From: an uncultured bacterium
Lineage (GTDB): Bacteria; Zixibacteria; MSB-5A5; GN15; FEB-12
Assembly (NCBI GenBank): GCA_965372795.1
Contig: CBDVDR010000006.1
Coordinates: forward strand, 97,076 to 161,075
Reading direction: 5' to 3'
Length of the DNA stretch: 64,000 nucleotides
The notes beneath the pieces are model-generated. The model did not search any database, was not told the DNA's origin, and worked only from the letters and a program-made list of their open reading frames with translations. The position numbers and the translations under genes are program-made. Positions 40,801 to 50,443 of the stretch are shown in pieces (position 1 is the first letter of the stretch; every line of letters starts with the position of its first letter).

Positions 40801-41463
40801 GAAAATACCAGTTCAGGTGTTTTTGTAAATTCGGCAGCTTCTGCCAGTTTTGCCGATAATGCTCCTGACACACTTTTAAAATTCCTCTCTGCACGGCTGT
40901 ATGGTGGCTGGGGAGCACACAGTATGTTTATGAAAACATGGGAAGCCGGACTGGCTTATTCAAATGGACTCCGTCATGATGAATACGCAGGTAAAATGAT
41001 TTATTATGCGGAACGATGTCCTGATTTGACCCAGACAATGCAGTTTGTTGTAAATGAATTAAAAAAGGCTCCTTATGATTCATCATTAGCTGATTATGCC
41101 GTAGCTCAGGCCTTTTATGTGTCTCGAGATGCGTCTGACTATTCAACTCGCGGTTATTCAATTGCAGCGGATCTCGCAGATGGTTTAACACCCGAGGTTG
41201 TGAACCGTTTCCGTCAGGGAGTCCTTGATATAAGAAAGACACCGGGATTCTATGATAAGATACAATCGAGAATGGAATCAACTTACGGAGAGATTTTGAC
41301 CGGTTATGGTCCGAAATTATCAGAGGTACCGCATGCAAACCACTTTGTGATTGGCTCATCAAAACAGTTTGGATCTTACCAGAAATATTTAAAAGCAACC
41401 GAAGGCGAAGTTATACTACATAAATTATACCCTAGAGATTTCTGGATGAATTTGGAAAAATAG
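37885..41463 (+). CDS. exported M16 (insulinase/PreP-like) zinc metallopeptidase
   Basis: Inverted zinc motif HTCEH, downstream GTIYNEM; signal peptide; 1192 aa. Confidence 0.8.
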   Translation: MKIATHVFIICVVLFIITANTKATIDFPDLQQDQITSNFKAVTVYETETGIAMGARFSHVGSGFVLDLIRIQSIPQGFIWVNSSPPSDQGEPHTCEHLLLGKGTKGKYVSTLEGMSLGRSSAFTMQMQTCYHFHTSGGKDIFFKLLEEKLDAMIHPTFTDEDIRREVCNIGYKIDPLDSTLILEEKGTIYNEMKSGFERQWSNIFRPLDHMIFGENHPQALSSGGYPPAVRTMTPEDMWKFHGETHHLNNMGMVLTIPDDITIEECLNQLENIFKQIEPEITPSEDPATAYLRIPPANPAEFGQIKIVEFPNKNDSEPGLLIFGWPSNRTMDWNESYMFNLFVSCIGTGESSNLYKKFINSQTREIEIGATAVYNWFSDNPGFPLFIGLPNVDQKYINEEMIDSIRTMIIDEFKTIAAYQDGSEELKEFNERALNGIISERRSLRNFLNQPPGFGFRGSGAGWFSHLQELSKSDGFRKKLTMNERLAAAEELLISDKNIWKKYIENWKLTSPIPFAVAGRPNPDLIKRKDIELKERLDLFTASLKKKYNVDTDREAILLYKNEYDSKTAIIEAAIATIEMPGFVENPPLTLDQSINYTVEKLPGNADFVFSKFDNITLANVGLAFDMNVIPEELLPYAALLPTMLNEVGVIKDSKPIPYEEFSEIIKKEISSLYATFDVNPRTNRNELIISTTGSNLEESEKALAWLSTLVFSPDWRVENLARIRDAVDFSLSRYRNRMQGSEESWVDDPATAFREQANPLHLATNSFLTKTHFIYRMRWKLKEASNQDVQNEFNNFIDDVKKAGVEAEDQKRDKLLFINSSEVDQASLLETGLQSVYEKYHSLSDEAKKLADDALNDLKKNLTDIPDDAIATDWKYLCQQMKDDLAISPSISLNKFNDLMNLLLHKDNYRAYMTGSSASKEKLTPIVINIANQFDSTPSTKQTYSNKQFITERYLSRFGASSTPLYVGLINENTSSGVFVNSAASASFADNAPDTLLKFLSARLYGGWGAHSMFMKTWEAGLAYSNGLRHDEYAGKMIYYAERCPDLTQTMQFVVNELKKAPYDSSLADYAVAQAFYVSRDASDYSTRGYSIAADLADGLTPEVVNRFRQGVLDIRKTPGFYDKIQSRMESTYGEILTGYGPKLSEVPHANHFVIGSSKQFGSYQKYLKATEGEVILHKLYPRDFWMNLEK

Positions 41464-41472
41464 CCAATAGAT

Positions 41473-41502
41473 AAGTCCCGTTCTTAAAAGCACGGGACTT
41501 TT
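41473..41502 (+). terminator. intrinsic terminator
   Basis: AAGTCCCGT...ACGGGACTTTT. Confidence 0.7.
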
Positions 41503-41518
41503 AAAGGGAGCGGGGGTC

Positions 41519-41920
41519 GTGAACTATCAAGCATCTATTATCTTCTTTCTGACAATCGTAGTCAGTTTATGTGGTTGCAATAATGAAGAGATTATCAGTG
41601 ACAATTTACCTCAATATCCTTCGGTTATATCAACCATCCCTTCAATTAATGCTGTTGATGTCCCAATAGATGTAATAATCGCTATAACATATGACAGTTG
41701 TTGTAATATTGAAGAGATACTCCCTTTAAAAATATCAATCTCTAATTTAGATGGAATTCAAAGCCGATTTGGTCAAACAGTAAGCTTTAAACCAGTTAAT
41801 TATCTGGGATATAATACTGAGTATGAAGTTACCGCAACAGATAACCTCCATCAAATATCAATCTGGAAATTTAAAACTATAAAGAAAGATACATTACCGG
41901 AGTTTCCCGAAACTCCCTAA
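41519..41920 (+). CDS. lipoprotein with Big_5-like Ig domain
   Basis: LCGC lipobox; PSVISTIP..NAVDVP.D..I.I.Y...F.P...L.YNTEYEVT...W.FKT. Confidence 0.7.
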   Translation: MNYQASIIFFLTIVVSLCGCNNEEIISDNLPQYPSVISTIPSINAVDVPIDVIIAITYDSCCNIEEILPLKISISNLDGIQSRFGQTVSFKPVNYLGYNTEYEVTATDNLHQISIWKFKTIKKDTLPEFPETP

Positions 41921-41952
41921 AATATTATTAAACGTTTTGGATTGGGGGGAAA

Positions 41953-43500
41953 ATGAAATATAGAAACTTTATAACGATTGTAATCGTTATACTATTACAC
42001 GCATCGGTTACTATCGCTGATGCTCCATCAACTTTTGTATATCAAGGTGTTCTGACAGACATTGATGGGCTTCCGATTATTGATGAAGTCGGAGTAACAT
42101 TTTCTATTTATCTCGAAGAAATCAACGGTTCAGCAATCTGGTCTGAACAAATAACTATTGCACCTGATGGCAACGGCTACTTTTATGCTGAATTAGGTAA
42201 TATTAATTCCTTATCAAATGTTTTCATTGCAACCGACAAATTATATCTCGGGATTAAAATTGGTAATCATACTGAAATGTTTCCCCGACAATTAATTACT
42301 TCGGTTCCCTTCTCAATTAATTCGAATATCGCCGATGGTTCAATTACCGGCTCAAAAATAGTTGATGGGAGTCTCGAATTGTCCGAATTAAACCAAAGTA
42401 GTGCCCTGATTGGACAAATAATAAAATGGGATGGATCAAACTGGGCACCCTCTGAAGATTTATCAGGAACCAGCAACAATAACGATATAACAGTTATTGC
42501 CGGATCAGGATTGACAGCCATTGGTGATCAGGATTCTATAATTCTGGGTATTGAAGAAAATGGCATTATCACTTCCATGATAGCCGACAATTCGATTACA
42601 TTTCATAAAATTGCTAATGAAACTATTGAAAATAAAAACATAAGCTCTACGGCTCAAATTGATATTTCTAAAATTGCAGGTGCAGCCACTCTGGAAAGCA
42701 GCCAAATTTTTACCGGCTCTAATAAATTTACAAACTCAATTGAAGTAAATTCCGGCTCAGAAAACAAGTCCGCTCTTTTAGCCAGAAGTGAAACTGGTAA
42801 AGTCGGTATTATTGCTCAGTCAAATAGTGATAATTCACCTTCTTTATATATTCTTAATGGTGTTTCTGATGTTCCGCCCGCAGGAGATCCTCAGGGAACC
42901 GGACCGTTAATTGAAGCCTGGACACTTAATGTTGTACTTTTCCCTTATAGTGTCAGCCTCGAACCCAAGTTTTCCGTAGCCCATAATGGTGATGTCTCCG
43001 CTGCAGGCACAATAACAGGTGGTGGAACAGATTTGGCAGAAATGGTTAATGTGGTTAATAATGTCGAAGCGGGAGATGTATTAGTTATTGATTCCAACAA
43101 TCCGAATAATTTTGCTTTGGCATCATCAGCTAAATCAAGATTAGTTGCAGGAATTTATAGCACAAATCCAGGATTTGTTGGCGTTGAAAATCAATCTAAC
43201 ACATCAATTTCTATCACCCCCGGAGATGATCCCCTTGAATATTTATACAATAATGAAGTTCGACAAGTATCTGATAATTTAAAGGGCGATAAGATTCCAA
43301 TGGCAATAGTCGGCATTGTGCCTTGTAAAGTTACAAATGAAAATGGAGACATATCACCCGGCGATCTTCTTGTAACATCAAGCAAAGCCGGCCATGCTAT
43401 GAAAGACAACGAGCCTTCTGTCGGGACCGTACTGGGGAAAGCACTTGAACCAATGAATAATGAATCAGGGCTGATCAAAGTTTTAGTGACCCTCCAATAA
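41953..43500 (+). CDS. exported fibre-like protein with C-terminal intramolecular-chaperone-like (peptidase G2-like) domain
   Basis: YQGVLTD..G.P N-domain; IADGSITGSKI repeats; GQIIKWDGSNW; DLAE...GDVLVI...STNPG...VGIVPCKV...GDLLVTS...LGKALE. Confidence 0.65.
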   Translation: MKYRNFITIVIVILLHASVTIADAPSTFVYQGVLTDIDGLPIIDEVGVTFSIYLEEINGSAIWSEQITIAPDGNGYFYAELGNINSLSNVFIATDKLYLGIKIGNHTEMFPRQLITSVPFSINSNIADGSITGSKIVDGSLELSELNQSSALIGQIIKWDGSNWAPSEDLSGTSNNNDITVIAGSGLTAIGDQDSIILGIEENGIITSMIADNSITFHKIANETIENKNISSTAQIDISKIAGAATLESSQIFTGSNKFTNSIEVNSGSENKSALLARSETGKVGIIAQSNSDNSPSLYILNGVSDVPPAGDPQGTGPLIEAWTLNVVLFPYSVSLEPKFSVAHNGDVSAAGTITGGGTDLAEMVNVVNNVEAGDVLVIDSNNPNNFALASSAKSRLVAGIYSTNPGFVGVENQSNTSISITPGDDPLEYLYNNEVRQVSDNLKGDKIPMAIVGIVPCKVTNENGDISPGDLLVTSSKAGHAMKDNEPSVGTVLGKALEPMNNESGLIKVLVTLQ

Positions 43501-43510
43501 AGACAATGGC

Positions 43511-45346
43511 ATGAAAAAAAGAATTCAAATAATTATAATAATTCTGATAATTTCAGATTCTATTTTTGCATTCAGAGCAAATGATAATAATTTTGTTCTT
43601 AATGGAGATATCATTTCAAACAGCGGAAGAACTATCGACAGTTCTACAATATTATATGGGATGATTACCGGGAAACCGGATATTACCTCATTTAATGATA
43701 AATATTATCTAAAAAATCATTTTTATAACAGCCCTTCAGCAATGAATAATTATAAAAAGATAGCACCTTTGGATACTTTGGAATTGTTGTCCGACTCGAT
43801 TGAAATATCGTTCCAGTTTCCGTTCAATTATAATTATGGTACAATTGCCTATCGAATTCCCGGAGATGAAAATTATTATACTGCTTCGTTGAAAAAAAAG
43901 AATAACAAACTATTCACATTTCAAATCCCCACTGACATTTTAACAATTAACGGTTTACAGTATTACTTAACATTTGGCTCTCAATTTCATAAAACTAATT
44001 TTGGAAACTCAAAAAAACCTTTACGTTACCTCAGCAAATTTCCAGAATCTTTGGGTAAATATCCTAATACTCTTATAGAAAAGAAATATCATCTTATCGG
44101 ATTCCCATTTAAGATTTCCGGTGATAACTCAGTCGATACAATTTTGAATAAATCATTCGGTGTTTATAATCCGACTCAATGGAGATTTGGAAGATACAGA
44201 ACGTCTGTGAATCGAGTATTAGAATATCCGATTACAAACGAAATATCAACCGGCAAAGGGTACTGGTTAATTAGTCGCACTACTACTGAATTCAGCGCAG
44301 AAGGATTGACTACCCAACCAAACAGGTTAATTGAAGGCATATGCTATTTTGAAATCCCCCTTGATTCAGGATGGAACCAGCTTGCTAATCCGTTTGGCTT
44401 CTCAGTGAATACCGACCATTTTTTAATCGAAAACAATAAGGTGCTGGAAAATTTCATAGACTCTAAAGATATTGAAAATAAAACATATACTTACCATAAC
44501 AGCTATTTCAATAATGAAAATATAATTCATCCATGGGAAGGATTTTTTGTTTATTCAATGAATTACGGTTTAAAACTCCTTGTCCCAGAAAAAAAGCATA
44601 ACCCGCTTTCAAAAATTTCCGATGTGAATAATATTCAAAATGGAATATATAATATTATCCTCAAAAATAATAATTTAATAGATAAAATCAGTTTCGGGTT
44701 TAATGATGATGCTTTGGTTAAGTATGACCGGCATGATTTACACAAACCTCCGGCACCAAACGGTAACCCATCGGTATATTTTAAAATTAGTGACAATAAT
44801 GAAAAATTTATCTGTGATTTTAGACCTCCGCTTGTCGATGGTTACACCTATGAATTAAACTTTAATTTAACAGAACAAGCAGAGCTTTCTTTTGTTGGAT
44901 TCGATGAACTTTTATCTGAATCTCTTCAATGTATCATCGATTTTAATCAAAATCAAATTATTGTAATTGTATCCGACACTACAATAATTATTCAGTCAGA
45001 AATTAAATCCGCAAAATTGATAATTGGCAATAAAGATTTCATTGAAAATACAACCTCTTCCCTGCCGACCTCGTTCGAGTTATGGCAGAATTATCCAAAT
45101 CCATTTAATTTGGAAACAAAAATCAGTTTTTTCATCCCCTATGACAGTCAAATCAAATTAGAAATTATAAACTTATTAGGACAAAAAGTTAAAACATTGA
45201 TCGATAAGAGGTATAAAGCTGGTAAATATATTGAAAGTTGGGATGGTACTAATGACAATAAAAAAGAAGTTGCCAGCGGGATATATTTTTATCGACTGAC
45301 AACTTCTTCTATTAAAATTTCGAAAAAGATGATGCTGCTAAAATAA
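43511..45346 (+). CDS. exported protein with T9SS type-A/FlgD-like C-terminal domain
   Basis: LPTSFELWQNYPNPFN...NLLGQKVKTL...WDG...ASGIYFYRL...KKMMLLK. Confidence 0.85.
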   Translation: MKKRIQIIIIILIISDSIFAFRANDNNFVLNGDIISNSGRTIDSSTILYGMITGKPDITSFNDKYYLKNHFYNSPSAMNNYKKIAPLDTLELLSDSIEISFQFPFNYNYGTIAYRIPGDENYYTASLKKKNNKLFTFQIPTDILTINGLQYYLTFGSQFHKTNFGNSKKPLRYLSKFPESLGKYPNTLIEKKYHLIGFPFKISGDNSVDTILNKSFGVYNPTQWRFGRYRTSVNRVLEYPITNEISTGKGYWLISRTTTEFSAEGLTTQPNRLIEGICYFEIPLDSGWNQLANPFGFSVNTDHFLIENNKVLENFIDSKDIENKTYTYHNSYFNNENIIHPWEGFFVYSMNYGLKLLVPEKKHNPLSKISDVNNIQNGIYNIILKNNNLIDKISFGFNDDALVKYDRHDLHKPPAPNGNPSVYFKISDNNEKFICDFRPPLVDGYTYELNFNLTEQAELSFVGFDELLSESLQCIIDFNQNQIIVIVSDTTIIIQSEIKSAKLIIGNKDFIENTTSSLPTSFELWQNYPNPFNLETKISFFIPYDSQIKLEIINLLGQKVKTLIDKRYKAGKYIESWDGTNDNKKEVASGIYFYRLTTSSIKISKKMMLLK

Positions 45347-45348
45347 AT

Positions 45349-46581
45349 TTAATTTTGCGTTGCCATCTCTTTTATTTCTTTTGTTTCAGAGATAACCGCT
45401 GCACCAATAGAGTCACCCCAGACATTAACCGTTGTACGACATCTGTCAAGGAACCAGTCAATAGCCCAGATTAAACCTATTCCCTCAAGAGGTAAACCGA
45501 CTGCCTGGAGTACAAATACCATCGTAACCGTACCGGCATGAGGTATACCTGCCGCCCCTATTGAAGCAAGAGTTGCTGTTAGAAATATTATAATCTGTTG
45601 TCCGACTCCGAGATCAATACCATAAATCTGAGCAATAAACATTGCAGCTACCGCTTCGTATAAAGCCGTTCCATCCATATTAATTGTCGCACCAAGGGGA
45701 AGTACAAATGATGCCGCTTTTGTGTCTATTTTATTTTTTTTCTCAACACATTCCATCGTTACCGGCAAAGTTGCAGAGGAGGAAGCTGTAGTAAAAGCTG
45801 TCGCAAGAGCCTGACCCATATTTGATAAATATGGTAGAGTTTTTCTACGACCATAATATTTAAGCATTAATGGCAGCACAGTTGTAGCATGAATTAACAA
45901 TCCCAAGATAACCGTTAATGAATACCAGCCTAAACCGGAAACAAGCCGATCAACCGAGTCGAGATTTTCTGCTACGATTCCGCCGATAAGAGCAAAAATT
46001 CCAATCGGAGCAATGTACAAAATCAAGTGAACCAATTTCATAATTGCTGCATTTAATCCCTCAAAAAAGGCAATAACCGGTTTACCCTTTTCACCGATTG
46101 TTGTAAGGACACCGCCAAACAGCAGTGAGAATACAATCAACGGCAAAACTTTCCCTTTTGAGGCAGCATCTATAATATTAGCTGGAATTAACCCGACAAT
46201 AACATCTATAAACGAATTGCCCCGACTATTCTCAACTAACTCAGGGACAAATCCGCCAAAACTCTCGACTCCATCGCCGGGGCGGATAATATTTACTATT
46301 ATTATTCCGATAAGAACTGAAAAACCGGTTGTAATAAAATAGTAGAGTAAAGTTTTCCCACTTGTTTTACCAAGTTTTCGGACATCTCCAAGAGTTGTAA
46401 CGCCTACAATCATTGAGGATACAATGAGTGGAATAACAACCATTTTTAAAGCATTTAGAAATATGGTTCCAATAAATTTTATCTCGAGCATAAAGCCGCT
46501 AATAGTTAAACCGCAGATAACACCCAAAATTGTTCCGATTATCATTCCATAAAGTATAATATTGCTTGATTTATTTTCCAT
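45349..46581 (-). CDS. dicarboxylate/amino acid:cation symporter (DAACS, GltP-like)
   Basis: TASSSATLP, PLGATINMDGTALY, DRCRTTVNVWGD. Confidence 0.95.
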   Translation of the reverse strand: MENKSSNIILYGMIIGTILGVICGLTISGFMLEIKFIGTIFLNALKMVVIPLIVSSMIVGVTTLGDVRKLGKTSGKTLLYYFITTGFSVLIGIIIVNIIRPGDGVESFGGFVPELVENSRGNSFIDVIVGLIPANIIDAASKGKVLPLIVFSLLFGGVLTTIGEKGKPVIAFFEGLNAAIMKLVHLILYIAPIGIFALIGGIVAENLDSVDRLVSGLGWYSLTVILGLLIHATTVLPLMLKYYGRRKTLPYLSNMGQALATAFTTASSSATLPVTMECVEKKNKIDTKAASFVLPLGATINMDGTALYEAVAAMFIAQIYGIDLGVGQQIIIFLTATLASIGAAGIPHAGTVTMVFVLQAVGLPLEGIGLIWAIDWFLDRCRTTVNVWGDSIGAAVISETKEIKEMATQN

Positions 46582-46775
46582 GTAGTCTCTCTTGTTTAGA
46601 TTATTCTTACTTTAACATAAAAATATAATGTTAAGACCACAATTTAAAAAAATAACTTCTTAAGTTCTAAATAAACATAAATTGCGTCTGGTTTAATAAA
46701 ACTTGTATAATGTTCTTTGCTGTATATATTAAATTTGTACATACCAAAAAATAGAAGATATTAGGGAGAGTAACA

Positions 46776-49031
46776 ATGAAGAGAATGATCATTCTTGCGA
46801 TTATTGCAATTCTTGCCTTATCGCACATTTCTGCTATTGCTGACAGCTCGATAGCACCACCAACAAATATTCGCATGACGAATATGAATCTTTTAAATAA
46901 TGAAGAACAAGTCTTTTTCTGCCCCACCGACAGCAATATCCTCATTGCTAACTGGCGAGATTTTAGAACCGGCTTCAGAAGGGTCGGTGTTGGTCGCTCA
47001 ACAGATGGTGGACAGACCTGGGTTGACTCACTTATTCCAACCGTTAATATGATTTATTCATTCAATTCTAAACAGTCAGATCCAACTATGACTGTTGATA
47101 GAACCGGAAGTTTCTATATGTCAGTTCTGGATTGGGATGCTTTTGGATTTACCAACGAATCGACAATTGCCTTTTATAGATCAGATGATAAAGGTATTTC
47201 CTGGGTTGGTCCTTATTCGGTTTTGAATCATACTCCTGTTCCAGGAGTTTTTGAAGACAAACAATTTATTACTACCGACCGTACCGGTGGCATTCATGAT
47301 GGCAACTTATATTGTGCCTGGGCAAGGTTTTATAATGGACCGACACGGATGGTGTTTGCCCGTTCCTTAGATCGGGGAGTCACCTTTCAGGATACTTTAA
47401 TTGTTGGACCACCATATTCTTCACCCACTTGTGGTATTGGTGAATATGGCGCCGGACAATTTGCACTACCGGTAGTTGATGCTGATGGAGGAGTACATGT
47501 ATTCTGGGTTGGGGGCTCCATCGATACTACTCTATGCGCCTTAATTGGAGGAATCCAACATGTTGTTTCAACAGATGGTGGAGCGACGTTTACCGATAAA
47601 AGTTTAGCTTATGAATTAATAAGCTCTACAGGTGCTGATGGAGGTATTAATACATACCAACAACCAGTTGTGGATGTTGATATTTTTGGCACTCCATTTC
47701 ATGGTAATATGTATATGTGTTTCACCAACCGTGACACAGAAGATGTTTTATATAATTCTGATGTAGATTTTGTTATGTCAACTGACAATGGTGTTACCTG
47801 GACAGATAGAATTCAAATCAATGATTCGCCATCGCCTACTAATAACCTCATCGACAGTTTCCATCCCTGGTTAGTTGTTAATCAGGAAGGTATCATATCC
47901 GTAATTTTTTATGACCAACGCTATGATGCTCCGAACTATTACTTATTTGACTTAATGGCAGCCTATTCATATGATGGCGGGGCTACTTTTACAGTTAATC
48001 ATAGAATTTCCGATGTGTCATCTTCACCCGGTGATTTGAAATATATGGACTCAGAAGAGAATACTGCGCTTGATTTTAACAGTTTTTCTAAACAACCATT
48101 AGCTATATCCAGAGCCGGGTTGTTAGGTGAATATATCGGTTTAACTTCATATTATGACAAACATAATGCTGTATGGACTGATTCCCGCGATGGCAATTCA
48201 GAAGTCTATACTGCAAACTGGTATCTGCCAATTTTGGAACCGCGTTTATTAGCACCTGAGGATAATTCTTTCCAACCAGCCCAACCCGAGTTCAGATGGG
48301 CAACCTCATGGAAAAACAATGACGATAGTTATCTGATTGAAGTTTCTGATATTTCAGATTTTTCAAATATAATTGAAACTCAGACACTTGATACAAACTT
48401 CACTTCTTTTGTAACATCCTTTGATGATGGTCAATATTTTTGGAGAGTCAAAGCGACCAAAATTTCAACCAGTGAAAGTTCAGCCTATTCTGTAACTTAT
48501 ACTTTTGATGTTGATGGAACTCCTCCTGATGCTCCTATTCTACTATCACCAGCTGATGGCATTACGACCAATACAGAATCACCTACTTTTGACTGGTCGG
48601 TTGTGACAAAACTCCAATCCCCAATCAGTTACGATCTTTATCTTTCCACCGACAACAGTTTCCCGGATGACGGCAGCACTACCATCTTTGCTGATTTGGT
48701 TGTTTCCGAATACACCTTACTCACCGCTCTTCCTGATAATGTAACAACCTATTGGAAAGTGATTGCAAAAGATGGAGCCGGCAATGAAACATCCTCAAGC
48801 ATCAATTCGCTCACCTTTATCAGTTATATCTGTGGTGATATTGACAACTCGTTTGCTCTCCCAATAATTTCCGATCTGACATTTCTGGTTGACTATCTTT
48901 TTGCCGGAGGCGATGAACCGCCAATTCGTGCCTCGGCAGATACAAATGGAGATGGTGATGTTGGAATCTCAGATTTAACGACTATGGTTGAATATCTTTT
49001 TAATGGGGGAAGTTTGAATTGTAGTAAATAA
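46776..49031 (+). CDS. exported BNR/Asp-box beta-propeller (sialidase-like fold) + Ig/Fn3-like domains + dockerin-like tail
   Basis: Asp boxes STDGGQTW, SDDKGISW, SLDRGVTF, STDGGATF, STDNGVTW, SYDGGATF; dockerin-like C-terminus. Confidence 0.8.
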   Translation: MKRMIILAIIAILALSHISAIADSSIAPPTNIRMTNMNLLNNEEQVFFCPTDSNILIANWRDFRTGFRRVGVGRSTDGGQTWVDSLIPTVNMIYSFNSKQSDPTMTVDRTGSFYMSVLDWDAFGFTNESTIAFYRSDDKGISWVGPYSVLNHTPVPGVFEDKQFITTDRTGGIHDGNLYCAWARFYNGPTRMVFARSLDRGVTFQDTLIVGPPYSSPTCGIGEYGAGQFALPVVDADGGVHVFWVGGSIDTTLCALIGGIQHVVSTDGGATFTDKSLAYELISSTGADGGINTYQQPVVDVDIFGTPFHGNMYMCFTNRDTEDVLYNSDVDFVMSTDNGVTWTDRIQINDSPSPTNNLIDSFHPWLVVNQEGIISVIFYDQRYDAPNYYLFDLMAAYSYDGGATFTVNHRISDVSSSPGDLKYMDSEENTALDFNSFSKQPLAISRAGLLGEYIGLTSYYDKHNAVWTDSRDGNSEVYTANWYLPILEPRLLAPEDNSFQPAQPEFRWATSWKNNDDSYLIEVSDISDFSNIIETQTLDTNFTSFVTSFDDGQYFWRVKATKISTSESSAYSVTYTFDVDGTPPDAPILLSPADGITTNTESPTFDWSVVTKLQSPISYDLYLSTDNSFPDDGSTTIFADLVVSEYTLLTALPDNVTTYWKVIAKDGAGNETSSSINSLTFISYICGDIDNSFALPIISDLTFLVDYLFAGGDEPPIRASADTNGDGDVGISDLTTMVEYLFNGGSLNCSK

Positions 49032-49052
49032 ATTTCCAAAATTTACAATTTT

Positions 49053-49084
49053 AAAACGTCGCTTTAAAAAAGCGGCGTTTTTTT
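49053..49084 (+). terminator. intrinsic terminator
   Basis: AAAACGTCGCTTT...AAAGCGGCGTTTTTTT. Confidence 0.75.
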
Positions 49085-49171
49085 ATATCTTGTATAAATG
49101 GATAATTTCATTAACTTTAATAGAACTAAAATATCCATATACTAATATTAGAATAATCACAGGAGTAATAT

Positions 49172-50386
49172 ATGAAAACTCTAATAACTGTTTTGGTATT
49201 TTCATTATTATTGATTCCCTCAGTAGATGCAACTTTTTCAATCGTAGCCGTTGATACTGCTACAGGTGATGTAGGAGGGGCGGGTGCATCCTGTATCGAT
49301 AATGCTCAAATAATAACCAGTTTATTAGAAAATATCGGCGGAGTTCACACCCAAGCATGGTGGCTCAAAGACAATCAAAAAAATGCTCGTATTTTGATGG
49401 CAGCAGGAATTGATCCCGATTCAATAATTTCCTGGCTTTATATTAATGACGATGAAGGCCGACCGGAAAAAAGACAATATGGCGTGGTTACTCTTGCGGG
49501 AAATGGTGCTTCGGCAGGTTTTACCGGGACCTCAACAGATTACTATAAAGGACATATTACTGGTCCGGGATATGCTATTCAGGGAAATATTCTTTTAGGA
49601 CCAGAGATTCTGACTGGAATGGAAAATGCTTTTTTAACTACTGATGGTCCCTTACAGGACAAACTGATGGCAGCTCTGGAAGCAGCTAAGGTCCCCGGAG
49701 CTGATACTCGGTGTCTCGCTAATAATAAATCATCAATCTCAGCTTTCATCCGGGTTATAAAACCCGGAGATGGTTCTACCCCATTCTTATACAAAGCGAT
49801 TACAAATACAACCGGCTCAACCGAACCACTTGATCTTTTGAAAATTGAATTCGACAATTGGAAAGTATCACAGTTTACAAACGCTGATGAAACAGTTGTC
49901 GATGTATCGCCTTCAATCTTGCTTGCTGATGGTATATCCACTGCTGCAATAACGATCACACCAAAAGATGCTTCGGGAAACCTGCCTGCCTATGCTCCTA
50001 ATTCAATCTCAGTTTCTGTTTCACAAGGAACTGTTTCAGAAGCGGTTGATAACCTCGATGGGTCGTATTCATCAACCTTGACTGCTGGTACTGATTCCTA
50101 CATTGACGATATTCAAGTTGAAATCCAAACAGAAGACGTTATCACAACTTTGAACAATGCTACAACTGTTACATATTTTGTATGCGGTGATGTTGATTTT
50201 TCAGGAGGGTTCCCGATTATTTCAGATTTAACCTTTATAGTTGATTACCTGTTCGCCGGTGGCGATGCTCCCCCTGTTCAAAATGCTGCTGACACAAACG
50301 CAGACGGTGAGGTTGGCATATCTGATTTAACAACCCTTGTAAATTACCTTTTTGCCAGTGGAAATCTATCCTGCGGACTGAAATAA
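49172..50386 (+). CDS. DUF1028 (Ntn-hydrolase-like) + invasin/Big_1 Ig domain + dockerin-like tail
   Basis: TFSIVAVD..TG.VG.AGAS, RQYGVV, AIQGNIL; ADG...ITITPKDASGN...DGSY; dockerin-like C-terminus. Confidence 0.85.
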   Translation: MKTLITVLVFSLLLIPSVDATFSIVAVDTATGDVGGAGASCIDNAQIITSLLENIGGVHTQAWWLKDNQKNARILMAAGIDPDSIISWLYINDDEGRPEKRQYGVVTLAGNGASAGFTGTSTDYYKGHITGPGYAIQGNILLGPEILTGMENAFLTTDGPLQDKLMAALEAAKVPGADTRCLANNKSSISAFIRVIKPGDGSTPFLYKAITNTTGSTEPLDLLKIEFDNWKVSQFTNADETVVDVSPSILLADGISTAAITITPKDASGNLPAYAPNSISVSVSQGTVSEAVDNLDGSYSSTLTAGTDSYIDDIQVEIQTEDVITTLNNATTVTYFVCGDVDFSGGFPIISDLTFIVDYLFAGGDAPPVQNAADTNADGEVGISDLTTLVNYLFASGNLSCGLK

Positions 50387-50391
50387 GTTCT

Positions 50392-50425
50392 AAAAAAAAG
50401 GCAGGAAATGATTCCTGCCTTTTTT
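50392..50425. terminator. bidirectional intrinsic terminator
   Basis: A8-GGCAGGAA-ATGA-TTCCTGCC-T6. Confidence 0.88.
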
Positions 50426-50443
50426 AATTCAACAATTACTTCT

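Noticed and set aside
46610..46637. Chromosomal dif site
   Set aside because: It contains TTTAACATAA (XerD-like arm), but the arm spacing is 5 rather than 6 bp, the other arm does not fit XerC, and I see no obvious strand-skew switch here.
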